Shown: one piece after another, positions 40,201 through 54,200 of the stretch
Layout: the number at the start of each line of letters is the position of its first letter
Position numbering within the stretch: the stretch's first letter is position 1
Assembly (NCBI GenBank): GCA_964057225.1
Contig: OZ059894.1
Span: 4,960,001-5,024,000, forward strand
Source: Auanema rhodensis
Lineage: Eukaryota > Animalia > Nematoda
Direction: 5' to 3'
Length of the DNA stretch: 64,000 nucleotides
The notes under the pieces: model-generated
Database searches by the model: none
Seen by the model: only the letters and a program-made list of their open reading frames with translations
Told to the model about the DNA's origin: nothing
Program-made: the position numbers and the translations under genes

Positions 40201-43200
40201 TTGTCAAAATGTTTTTGGAAGCTATGTTGAGTGTACATGGAAACTCAACATACACTTATGCATCATTTTTCAAACGATCATAACTAATTTTTGTATTAAG
40301 CGTTTCTCAAAGTAGTATAGTGCATTCGATGCGGATTTTCAAGTTGCGTCGATCTGTGTTATCAGATTTGCGCTAGCTTAAAAATGCACCGAGATATCAA
40401 CTGATATAAGTTCACACTTATATCCTCGATTTTCACCCTGAAGAATTAATTTTTTCGTTGAATAACATTGTCCATCGTCTTTGCCTTGAAAAAAGGAATC
40501 TAAAAACATCTACTTTTTGCTAAATTATTTTGAAATTTTTCGAAAAAATTTTTGTCAAAATGTTTTTGGAAGCTATGTTGAGTGTACATGGAAACTCAAC
40601 ATACACTTATGCATCATTTTTCAAACGATCATAACTAATTTTTGTATTAAGCGTTTCTCAAAGTAGTATAGTGCATTCGATGCGGATTTTCAAGTTGCGT
40701 CGATCTGTGTTATCAGATTTGCGCTAGCTTAAAAATGCACCGAGATATCAACTGATATAAGTTCACACTTATATCCTCGATTTTCACCCTGAAGAATTAA
40801 TTTTTTCGTTGAATAACATTGTCCATCGTCTTTGCCTTGAAAAAAGGAATCTAAAAACATCTACTTTCTGCTAAATTATTTTGAAATTTTTCGAAAAAAT
40901 TTTTGTCAAAATGTTTTTGGAAGCTATGTTGAGTGTACATGGAAACTCAACATACACTAATGCATCATTTTTCAAACGATCATAACTAATTTTTGTATTA
41001 AGCGTTTCTCAAAGTAGTATAGTGCATTCGATGCGGATTTCCAAGCTGCGTCGATCTGTGTTATCAGATTTGCGCTAGCTTAAAAATGCACCGAGATATC
41101 AACTGATATAAGTTCACACTTATATCCTCCATTTTCACCCTGAAGAATTAATTTTTTCGTTGAATAACATTGTCCATCGTCTTTGCCTTGAAAAAAGGAA
41201 TCTAAAAACATCTACTTTTTGCTAGATTATTTTGAAATTTTTCGAAAAAATTTTTGTCAAAATGTTTTTGGAAGCTATGTTGAGTGTACATGGAAACTCA
41301 ACATACACTTATGCATCATTTTTCAAACGATCATAACTAATTTTTGTATTAAGCGTTCCTCAATGTAGTATAGTGCATTCGATGCGGATTTTTAAGCTGC
41401 GTCGATCTGTGTTATCAGATTTGCGCTAGCTTAAAAATGCACCGAGATATCAACTGATATAAGTTCACACTTATATCCTTGATTTTCACCCTGGAGAATT
41501 AATTTTTTCGTTGAATAACATTGTCCATCGTCTTTGCCTTGAAAAAAGGAATCTAAAAACATCTACTTTTTGCTAAATTATTTTGAAATTTTTCGAAAAA
41601 ATTTTTGTCAAAATGTTTTTGGAAGCAATGTTGAGTGTACATGGAAACTCAACATACACTAATGCATCATTTTTCAAACGATCATAACTAATTTTTGTAT
41701 TAAGCGTTTCTCAAAGTAGTATAGTGCATTCGATGCGGATTTTCAAGTTGCGTCGATCTGTGTTATCAGATTTGCGCTAGCTTAAAAATGCACCGAGATA
41801 TCAACTGATATAAGTTCACACTTATATCCTCGATTTTCACCCTGAAGAATTAATTTTTTCGTTGAATAACATTGTCCATCGTCTTTGCCTTGAAAAAAGG
41901 AATCTAAAAACATCTACTTTTTGCTAAATTATTTTGAAATTTTTCGAAAAAATTTTTGTCAAAATGTTTTTGGAAGCTATGTTGAGTGTACATGGAAACT
42001 CAACATACACTAATGCATCATTTTTCAAACGATCATAACTAATTTTTGTATTAAGCGTTTCTCAAAGTAGTATAGTGCATTCGATGCGGATTTCCAAGCT
42101 GCGTCGATCTGTGTTATCAGATTTGCGCTAGCTTAAAAATGCACCGAGATATCAACTGATATAAGTTCACACTTATATCCTCCATTTTCACCCTGAAGAA
42201 TTAATTTTTTCGTTGAATAACATTGTCCATCGTCTTTGCCTTGAAAAAAGGAATCTAAAAACATCTACTTTTTGCTAAATTATTTTGAAATTTTTCGAAA
42301 AAATTTTTGTCAAAATGTTTTTGGAAGCTATGTTGAGTGTACATGGAAACTCAACATACACTAATGCATCATTTTTCAAACGATCATAACTAATTTTTGT
42401 ATTAAGCGTTTCTCAAAGTAGTATAGTGCATTCGATGCGGATTTCCAAGCTGCGTCGATCTGTGTTATCAGATTTGCGCTAGCTTAAAAATGCACCGAGA
42501 TATCAACTGATATAAGTTCACACTTATATCCTCCATTTTCACCCTGAAGAATTAATTTTTTCGTTGAATAACATTGTCCATCGTCTTTGCCTTGAAAAAA
42601 GGAATCTGAAAACATCTACTTTTTGCTAAATTATTTTGAAATTTTTCGAAAAAATTTTTGTCAAAATGTTTTTGGAAGCAATGTTGAGTGTACATGGAAA
42701 CTCAACATACACTAATGCATCATTTTTCAAACGATCATAACTAATTTTTGTATTAAGCGTTCCTCAATGTAGTATAGTGCATTCGATGCGGATTTTTAAG
42801 CTGCGTCGATCTGTGTTATCAGATTTGCGCTAGCTTAAAAATGCACCGAGATATCAACTGATATAAGTTCACACTTATATCCTTGATTTTCACCCTGAAG
42901 AATTAATTTTTTCGTTGAATAACATTGTCCATCGTCTTTGCCTTGAAAAAAGGAATCTAAAAACATCTACTTTTTGCTAAATTATTTTGAAATTTTTCGA
43001 AAAAATTTTTGTCAAAATGTTTTTGGAAGCTATGTTGAGTGTACATGGAAACTCAACATACACTAATGCATCATTTTTCAAACGATCATAACTAATTTTT
43101 GTATTAAGCGTTTCTCAAAGTAGTATAGTGCATTCGATGCGGATTTCCAAGCTGCGTCGATCTGTGTTATCAGATTTGCGCTAGCTTAAAAATGCACCGA

Positions 43201-45981
43201 GATATCAACTGATATAAGTTCACACTTATATCCTCCATTTTCACCCTGAAGAATTAATTTTTTCGTTGAATAACATTGTCCATCGTCTTTGCCTTGAAAA
43301 AAGGAATCTAAAAACATCTACTTTTTGCTAAATTATTTTGAAATTTTTCGAAAAAATTTTTGTCAAAATGTTTTTGGAAGCTATGTTGAGTGTACATGGA
43401 AACTCAACATACACTTATGCATCATTTTTCAAACGATCATAACTAATTTTTGTATTAAGCGTTCCTCAATGTAGTATAGTGCATTCGATGCGGATTTTTA
43501 AGCTGCGTCGATCTGTGTTATCAGATTTGCGCTAGCTTAAAAATGCACCGAGATATCAACTGATATAAGTTCACACTTATATCCTTGATTTTCACCCTGT
43601 AGAATTAATTTTTTCGTTGAATAACATTGTCCATCGTCTTTGCCTTGAGAAAAGGAATCTAAAAACATCTACTTTTTGCTAAATTATTCTGAAATTTTTC
43701 GAAAAAATTTTTGTCAAAATGTTTTTGGAAGCTATGTTGAGTGTACATGGAAACTCAACATACACTTATGCATCATTTTTCAAACGATCATAACTAATTT
43801 TTGTATTAAGCGTTCCTCAATGTAGTATAGTGCATTCGATGCGGATTTTCAAGTTGCGTCGATCTGTGTTATCAGATTTGCGCTAGCTTAAAAATGCACC
43901 GAGATATCAACTGATATAAGTTCACACTTATATCCTCGATTTTCACCCTGAAGAATTAATTTTTTCGTTGAATAACATTGTCCATCGTCTTTGCCTTGAA
44001 AAAAGGAATCTAAAAACATCTACTTTTTGCTAAATTATTTTGAAATTTTTCGAAAAAATTTTTGTCAAAATGTTTTTGGAAGCTATGTTGAGTGTACATG
44101 GAAACTCAACATACACTAATGCATCATTTTTCAAACGATCATAACTAATTTTTGTATTAAGCGTTTCTCAAAGTAGTATAGTGCATTCGATGCGGATTTC
44201 CAAGCTGCGTCGATCTGTGTTATCAGATTTGCGCTAGCTTAAAAATGCACCGAGATATCAACTGATATAAGTTCACACTTATATCCTCCATTTTCACCCT
44301 GAAGAAATAATTTTTTCGTTGAATAACATTGTCCATCGTCTTTGCCTTGAAAAAAGGAATCTAAAAACATCTACTTTTTGCTAAATTATTTTGAAATTTT
44401 TCGAAAAAATTTTTGTCAAAATGTTTTTGGAAGCTATGTTGAGTGTACATGGAAACTCAACATACACTAATGCATCATTTTTCAAACGATCATAACTAAT
44501 TTTTGTATTAAGCGTTTCTCAAAGTAGTATAGTGCATTCGATGCGGATTTCCAAGCTGCGTCGATCTGTGTTATCAGATTTGCGCTAGCTTAAAAATGCA
44601 CCGAGATATCAACTGATATAAGTTCACACTTATATCCTCGATTTTCACCCTGAAGAATTAATTTTTTCGTTGAATAACATTGTCCATCGTCTTTGCCTTG
44701 AAAAAAGGAATCTAAAAACATCTACTTTTTGCTAAATTATTTTGAAATTTTTCGAAAAAATTTTTGTCAAAATGTTTTTGGAAGCAATGTTGAGTGTACA
44801 TGGAAACTCAACATACACTAATGCATCATTTTTCAAACGATCATAACTAATTTTTGTATTAAGCGTTTCTCAAAGTAGTATAGTGCATTCGATGCGGATT
44901 TTCAAGTTGCGTCGATCTGTGTTATCAGATTTGCGCTAGCTTAAAAATGCACCGAGATATCAACTGATATAAGTTCACACTTATATCCTCGATTTTCACC
45001 CTGAAGAATTAATTTTTTCGTTGAATAACATTGTCCATCGTCTTTGCCTTGAAAAAAGGAATCTAAAAACATCTACTTTTTGCTAAATTATTTTGAAATT
45101 TTTCGAAAAAATTTTTGTCAAAATGTTTTTGGAAGCTATGTTGAGTGTACATGGAAACTCAACATACACTAATGCATCATTTTTCAAACGATCATAACTA
45201 ATTTTTGTATTAAGCGTTTCTCAAAGTAGTATAGTGCATTCGATGCGGATTTCCAAGCTGCGTCGATCTGTGTTATCAGATTTGCGCTAGCTTAAAAATG
45301 CACCGAGATATCAACTGATATAAGTTCACACTTATATCCTCCATTTTCACCCTGAAGAAATAATTTTTTCGTTGAATAACATTGTCCATCGTCTTTGCCT
45401 TGAAAAAAGGAATCTAAAAACATCTACTTTTTGCTAAATTATTTTGAAATTTTTCGAAAAAATTTTTGTCAAAATGTTTTTGGAAGCTATGTTGAGTGTA
45501 CATGGAAACTCAACATACACTAATGCATCATTTTTCAAACGATCATAACTAATTTTTGTATTAAGCGTTTCTCAAAGTAGTATAGTGCATTCGATGCGGA
45601 TTTCCAAGCTGCGTCGATCTGTGTTATCAGATTTGCGCTAGCTTAAAAATGCACCGAGATATCAACTGATATAAGTTCACACTTATATCCTCCATTTTCA
45701 CCCTGAAGAATTAATTTTTTCGTTGAATTACATTGTCCATCGTCTTTGCCTTGAAAAAAGGAATCTAAAAACATCTACTTTTTGCTAAATTATTTTGAAA
45801 TTTTTCGAAAAAATTTTTGTCAAAATGTTTTTGGAAGCTATGTTGAGTGTACATGGAAACTCAACATACACTTATGCATCATTTTTCAAACGATCATAAC
45901 TAATTTTTGTATTAAGCGTTCCTCAATGTAGTATAGTGCATTCGATGCGGATTTTTAAGCTGCGTCGATCTGTGTTATCAG

Positions 45982-48900
45982 ATTTGCGCTAGCTTAAAAA
46001 TGCACCGAGATATCAACTGATATAAGTTCACACTTATATCCTTGATTTTCACCCTGGAGAATTAATTTTTTCGTTGAATAACATTGTCCATCGTCTTTGC
46101 TTTGAAAAAAGGAATCTAAAAACATCTACTTTTTGCTAAATTATTTTGAAATTTTTCGAAAAAATTTTTGTCAAAATGTTTTTGGAAGCTATGTTGAGTG
46201 TACATGGAAACTCAACATACACTAATGCATCATTTTTCAAACGATCATAACTAATTTTTGTATTAAGCGTTCCTCAATGTAGTATAGTGCATTCGATGCG
46301 GATTTTTAAGCTGCGTCGATCTGTGTTATCGGATTTGCGCTAGCTTAAAAATGCACCGAGATATCAACTGATATAAGTTCACACTTATATCCTTGATTTT
46401 CACCCTGAAAAATTAATTTTTTCGTTGAATAACATTGTCCATCGTCTTTGCCTTGAAAAAAGGAATCTAAAAACATCTACTTTTTGCTAAATTATTTTGA
46501 AATTTTTCGAAAAAATTTTTGTCAAAATGTTTTTGGAAGCTATGTTGAGTGTACATGGAAACTCAACATACACTAATGCATCATTTTTCAAACGATCATA
46601 ACTAATTTTTGTATTAAGCGTTTCTCAAAGTAGTATAGTGCATTCGATGCGGATTTCCCAGCTGCGTCGATCTGTGTTATCAGATTTGCGCTAGCTTAAA
46701 AATGCACCGAGATATGAACTGATATAAGTTCACACTTATATCCTTGATTTTCACCCTGGAGAATTAATTTTTTCGTTGAATAACATTGTCCATCGTCTTT
46801 GCTTTGAAAAAAGGAATCTAAAAACATCTACTTTTTGCTAAATTATTTTGAAATTTTTCGAAAAAATTTTTGTCAAAATGTTTTTGGAAGCTATGTTGAG
46901 TGTACATGGAAACTCAACATACACTAATGCATCATTTTTCAAACGATCATAACTAATTTTTGTATTAAGCGTTCCTCAATGTAGTATAGTGCATTCGATG
47001 CGGATTTTTAAGCTGCGTCGATCTGTGTTATCGGATTTGCGCTAGCTTAAAAATGCACCGAGATATCAACTGATATAAGTTCACACTTATATCCTTGATT
47101 TTCACCCTGAAAAATTAATTTTTTCGTTGAATAACATTGTCCATCGTCTTTGCCTTGAAAAAAGGAATCTAAAAACATCTATTTTTTGCTAAATTATTTT
47201 GAAATTTTTCGAAAAAATTTTTGTCAAAATGTTTTTGGAAGCTATGTTGAGTGTACATGGAAACTCAACATACACTAATGCATCATTTTTCAAACGATCA
47301 TAACTAATTTTTGTATTAAGCGTTTCTCAAAGTAGTATAGTGCATTCGATGCGGATTTCCCAGCTGCGTCGATCTGTGTTATCAGATTTGCGCTAGCTTA
47401 AAAATGCACCGAGATATGAACTGATATAAGTTCACACTTATATCCTTGATTTTCACCCTGGAGAATTAATTTTTTCGTTGAATAACATTGTCCATCGTCT
47501 TTGCTTTGAAAAAAGGAATCTAAAAACATCTACTTTTTGCTAAATTATTTTGAAATTTTTCGAAAAAATTTTTGTCAAAATGTTTTTGGAAGCTATGTTG
47601 AGTGTACATGGAAACTCAACATACACTAATGCATCATTTTTCAAACGATCATAACTAATTTTTGTATTAAGCGTTCCTCAATGTAGTATAGTGCATTCGA
47701 TGCGGATTTTTAAGCTGCGTCGATCTGTGTTATCGGATTTGCGCTAGCTTAAAAATGCACCGAGATATCAACTGATATAAGTTCACACTTATATCCTTGA
47801 TTTTCACCCTGAAAAATTAATTTTTTCGTTGAATAACATTGTCCATCGTCTTTGCCTTGAAAAAAGGAATCTAAAAACATCTACTTTTTGCTAAATTATT
47901 TTGAAATTTTTCGAAAAAATTTTTGTCAAAATGTTTTTGGAAGCTATGTTGAGTGTACATGGAAACTCAACATACACTAATGCATCATTTTTCAAACGAT
48001 CATAACTAATTTTTGTATTAAGCGTTTCTCAAAGTAGTATAGTGCATTCGATGCGGATTTCCCAGCTGCGTCGATCTGTGTTATCAGATTTGCGCTAGCT
48101 TAAAAATGCACCGAGATATGAACTGATATAAGTTCACACTTATATCCTTGATTTTCACCCTGGAGAATTAATTTTTTCGTTGAATAACATTGTCCATCGT
48201 CTTTGCTTTGAAAAAAGGAATCTAAAAACATCTACTTTTTGCTAAATTATTTTGAAATTTTTCGAAAAAATTTTTGTCAAAATGTTTTTGGAAGCTATGT
48301 TGAGTGTACATGGAAACTCAACATACACTAATGCATCATTTTTCAAACGATCATAACTAATTTTTGTATTAAGCGTTCCTCAATGTAGTATAGTGCATTC
48401 GATGCGGATTTTTAAGCTGCGTCGATCTGTGTTATCGGATTTGCGCTAGCTTAAAAATGCACCGAGATATCAACTGATATAAGTTCACACTTATATCCTT
48501 GATTTTCACCCTGAAAAATTAATTTTTTCGTTGAATAACATTGTCCATCGTCTTTGCCTTGAAAAAAGGAATCTAAAAACATCTACTTTTTGCTAAATTA
48601 TTTTGAAATTTTTCGAAAAAATTTTTGTCAAAATGTTTTTGGAAGCTATGTTGAGTGTACATGGAAACTCAACATACACTAATGCATCATTTTTCAAACG
48701 ATCATAACTAATTTTTGTATTAAGCGTTTCTCAAAGTAGTATAGTGCATTCGATGCGGATTTCCCAGCTGCGTCGATCTGTGTTATCAGATTTGCGCTAG
48801 CTTAAAAATGCACCGAGATATCAACTGATATAAGTTCACACTTATATCCTCCATTTTCACCCTGAAGAATTAATTTTTTCGTTGAATAACATTGTCCATC

Positions 48901-51246
48901 GTCTTTGCCTTGAAAAAAGAAAACTAAAAACATCTACTTTTTGCTAAATTATTTTGAAATTTTTCGAAAAAATTTTTGTCAAAATGTTTTTGGAAGCTAT
49001 GTTGAGTGTACATGGAAACTCAACATACACTTATGCATCATTTTTCAAACGATCATAACTAATTTTTGTATTAAGCGTTTCTCAAAGTAGTATAGTGCAT
49101 TCGATGCGGATTTTCAAGTTGCGTCGATCTGTGTTATCAGATTTGCGCTAGCTTAAAAATGCACCGAGATATCAACTGATATAAGTTCACACTTATATCC
49201 TCGATTTTCACCCTGAAGAATTAATTTTTTCGTTGAATAACATTGTCCATCGTCTTTGCTTTGAAAAAAGGAATCTAAAAACATCTACTTTTTGCTAAAT
49301 TATTTTGAAATTTTTCGAAAAAATTTTTGTCAAAATGTTTTTGGAAGCTATGTTGAGTGTACATGGAAACTCAACATACACTAATGCATCATTTTTCAAA
49401 CGATCATAACTAATTTTTGTATTAAGCGTTTCTCAAAGTAGTATAGTGCATTCGATGCGGATTTCCAAGCTGCGTCGATCTGTGTTATCAGATTTGCGCT
49501 AGCTTAAAAATGCACCGAGATATCAACTGATATAAGTTCACACTTATATCCTCCATTTTCACCCTGAAGAATTAATTTTTTCGTTGAATTACATTGTCCA
49601 TCGTCTTTGCCTTGAAAAAAGGAATCTAAAAACATCTACTTTTTGCTAAATTATTTTGAAATTTTTCGAAAAAATTTTTGTCAAAATGTTTTTGGAAGCT
49701 ATGTTGAGTGTACATGGAAACTCAACATACACTTATGCATCATTTTTCAAACGATCATAACTAATTTTTGTATTAAGCGTTCCTCAATGTAGTATAGTGC
49801 ATTCGATGCGGATTTTTAAGCTGCGTCGATCTGTGTTATCAGATTTGCGCTAGCTTAAAAATGCACCGAGATATCAACTGATATAAGTTCACACTTATAT
49901 CCTTGATTTTCACCCTGGAGAATTAATTTTTTCGTTGAATAACATTGTCCATCGTCTTTGCTTTGAAAAAAGGAATCTAAAAACATCTACTTTTTGCTAA
50001 ATTATTTTGAAATTTTTCGAAAAAATTTTTGTCAAAATGTTTTTGGAAGCTATGTTGAGTGTACATGGAAACTCAACATACACTAATGCATCATTTTTCA
50101 AACGATCATAACTAATTTTTGTATTAAGCGTTCCTCAATGTAGTATAGTGCATTCGATGCGGATTTTTAAGCTGCGTCGATCTGTGTTATCGGATTTGCG
50201 CTAGCTTAAAAATGCACCGAGATATCAACTGATATAAGTTCACACTTATATCCTTGATTTTCACCCTGAAAAATTAATTTTTTCGTTGAATAACATTGTC
50301 CATCGTCTTTGCCTTGAAAAAAGGAATCTAAAAACATCTACTTTTTGCTAAATTATTTTGAAATTTTTCGAAAAAATTTTTGTCAAAATGTTTTTGGAAG
50401 CTATGTTGAGTGTACATGGAAACTCAACATACACTAATGCATCATTTTTCAAACGATCATAACTAATTTTTGTATTAAGCGTTTCTCAAAGTAGTATAGT
50501 GCATTCGATGCGGATTTCCCAGCTGCGTCGATCTGTGTTATCAGATTTGCGCTAGCTTAAAAATGCACCGAGATATGAACTGATATAAGTTCACACTTAT
50601 ATCCTTGATTTTCACCCTGGAGAATTAATTTTTTCGTTGAATAACATTGTCCATCGTCTTTGCTTTGAAAAAAGGAATCTAAAAACATCTACTTTTTGCT
50701 AAATTATTTTGAAATTTTTCGAAAAAATTTTTGTCAAAATGTTTTTGGAAGCTATGTTGAGTGTACATGGAAACTCAACATACACTAATGCATCATTTTT
50801 CAAACGATCATAACTAATTTTTGTATTAAGCGTTCCTCAATGTAGTATAGTGCATTCGATGCGGATTTTTAAGCTGCGTCGATCTGTGTTATCGGATTTG
50901 CGCTAGCTTAAAAATGCACCGAGATATCAACTGATATAAGTTCACACTTATATCCTTGATTTTCACCCTGAAAAATTAATTTTTTCGTTGAATAACATTG
51001 TCCATCGTCTTTGCCTTGAAAAAAGGAATCTAAAAACATCTACTTTTTGCTAAATTATTTTGAAATTTTTCGAAAAAATTTTTGTCAAAATGTTTTTGGA
51101 AGCTATGTTGAGTGTACATGGAAACTCAACATACACTAATGCATCATTTTTCAAACGATCATAACTAATTTTTGTATTAAGCGTTTCTCAAAGTAGTATA
51201 GTGCATTCGATGCGGATTTCCCAGCTGCGTCGATCTGTGTTATCAG
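45982..51246. repeat. Dimeric (702-bp) HOR family 2, in runs of 4 (45982-48789) and 2 (49843-51246)
   Basis: Monomers with T120 (TGCTTTG) plus G350 (TATCGGAT) alternate with monomers carrying A78 (CTGAAAAATT) plus C327 (TTCCCAGC). Confidence 0.93.
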
Positions 51247-54200
51247 ATTTGCGCTAGCTTAAAAATGCACCGAGATATCAACTGATATAAGTTCACACTT
51301 ATATCCTCCATTTTCACCCTGAAGAATTAATTTTTTTGTTGAATAACATTGTCCATCGTCTTTGCCTTGAAAAAAGAAAACTAAAAACATCTACTTTTTG
51401 CTAAATTATTTTGAAATTTTTCGAAAAAATTTTTGTCAAAATGTTTTTGGAAGCTATGTTGAGTGTACATGGAAACTCAACATACACTTATGCATCATTT
51501 TTCAAACGATCATAACTAATTTTTGTATTAAGCGTTCCTCAATGTAGTATAGTGCATTCGATGCGGATTTTTAAGCTGCGTCGATCTGTGTTATCAGATT
51601 TGCGCTAGCTTAAAAATGCACCGAGATATCAACTGATATAAGTTCACACTTATATCCTTGATTTTCACCCTGTAGAATTAATTTTTTCGTTGAATAACAT
51701 TGTCCATCGTCTTTGCCTTGAAAAAAGGAATCTAAAAACATCTACTTTTTGCTAAATTGTTTTGAAATTTTTCGAAAAAATTTTTGTCAAAATGTTTTTG
51801 GAAGCTATGTTGAGTGTACATGGAAACTCAACATACACTTATGCATCATTTTTCAAACGATCATAACTAATTTTTGTATTAAGCGTTCCTCAATGTAGTA
51901 TAGTGCATTCGATGCGGATTTTTAAGCTGCGTCGATCTGTGTTATCAGATTTGCGCTAGCTTAAAAATGCACCGAGATATCAACTGATATAAGTTCACAC
52001 TTATATCCTTGATTTTCACCCTGGAGAATTAATTTTTTCGTTGAATAACATTGTCCATCGTCTTTGCTTTGAAAAAAGGAATCTAAAAACATCTACTTTT
52101 TGCTAAATTATTTTGAAATTTTTCGAAAAAATTTTTGTCAAAATGTTTTTGGAAGCTATGTTGAGTGTACATGGAAACTCAACATACACTAATGCATCAT
52201 TTTTCAAACGATCATAACTAATTTTTGTATTAAGCGTTTCTCAAAGTAGTATAGTGCATTCGATGCGGATTTTCAAGTTGCGTCGATCTGTGTTATCAGA
52301 TTTGCGCTAGCTTAAAAATGCACCGAGATATCAACTGATATAAGTTCACACTTATATCCTCGATTTTCACCCTGAAGAATTAATTTTTTCGTTGAATAAC
52401 ATTGTCCATCGTCTTTGCCTTGAAAAAAGGAATCTAAAAACATCTACTTTTTGCTAAATTATTTTGAAATTTTTCGAAAAAATTTTTGTCAAAATGTTTT
52501 TGGAAGCTATGTTGAGTGTACATGGAAACTCAACATACACTAATGCATCATTTTTCAAACGATCATAACTAATTTTTGTATTAAGCGTTTCTCAAAGTAG
52601 TATAGTGCATTCGATGCGGATTTTTAAGCTGCGTCGATCTGTGTTATCAGATTTGCGCTAGCTTAAAAATGCACCGAGATATCAACTGATATAAGTTCAC
52701 ACTTATATCCTTGATTTTCACCCTGGAGAATTAATTTTTTCGTTGAATAACATTGTCCATCGTCTTTGCCTTGAAAAAAGGAATCTAAAAACATCTACTT
52801 TTTGCTAAATTATTTTGAAATTTTTCGAAAAAATTTTTGTCAAAATGTTTTTGGAAGCAATGTTGAGTGTACATGGAAACTCAACATACACTAATGCATC
52901 ATTTTTCAAACGATCATAACTAATTTTTGTATTAAGCGTTTCTCAAAGTAGTATAGTGCATTCGATGCGGATTTTCAAGTTGCGTCGATCTGTGTTATCA
53001 GATTTGCGCTAGCTTAAAAATGCACCGAGATATCAACTGATATAAGTTCACACTTATATCCTCCATTTTCACCCTGAAGAAATAATTTTTTCGTTGAATA
53101 ACATTGTCCATCGTCTTTGCCTTGAAAAAAGGAATCTAAAAACATCTACTTTTTGCTAAATTATTTTGAAATTTTTCGAAAAAATTTTTGTCAAAATGTT
53201 TTTGGAAGCTATGTTGAGTGTACATGGAAACTCAACATACACTAATGCATCATTTTTCAAACGATCATAACTAATTTTTGTATTAAGCGTTTCTCAAAGT
53301 AGTATAGTGCATTCGATGCGGATTTCCAAGCTGCGTCGATCTGTGTTATCAGATTTGCGCTAGCTTAAAAATGCACCGAGATATCAACTGATATAAGTTC
53401 ACACTTATATCCTCCATTTTCACCCTGAAGAAATAATTTTTTCGTTGAATAACATTGTCCATCGTCTTTGCCTTGAAAAAAGGAATCTAAAAACATCTAC
53501 TTTTTGCTAAATTATTTTGAAATTTTTCGAAAAAATTTTTGTCAAAATGTTTTTGGAAGCAATGTTGAGTGTACATGGAAACTCAACATACACTAATGCA
53601 TCATTTTTCAAACGATCATAACTAATTTTTGTATTAAGCGTTTCTCAAAGTAGTATAGTGCATTCGATGCGGATTTTCAAGTTGCGTCGATCTGTGTTAT
53701 CAGATTTGCGCTAGCTTAAAAATGCACCGAGATATCAACTGATATAAGTTCACACTTATATCCTCGATTTTCACCCTGAAGAATTAATTTTTTCGTTGAA
53801 TAACATTGTCCATCGTCTTTGCCTTGAAAAAAGGAATCTGAAAACATCTACTTTTTGCTAAATTATTTTGAAATTTTTCGAAAAAATTTTTGTCAAAATG
53901 TTTTTGGAAGCTATGTTGAGTGTACATGGAAACTCAACATACACTAATGCATCATTTTTCAAACGATCATAACTAATTTTTGTATTAAGCGTTTCTCAAA
54001 GTAGTATAGTGCATTCGATGCGGATTTCCAAGCTGCGTCGATCTGTGTTATCAGATTTGCGCTAGCTTAAAAATGCACCGAGATATCAACTGATATAAGT
54101 TCACACTTATATCCTCCATTTTCACCCTGAAGAAATAATTTTTTCGTTGAATAACATTGTCCATCGTCTTTGCCTTGAAAAAAGGAATCTAAAAACATCT

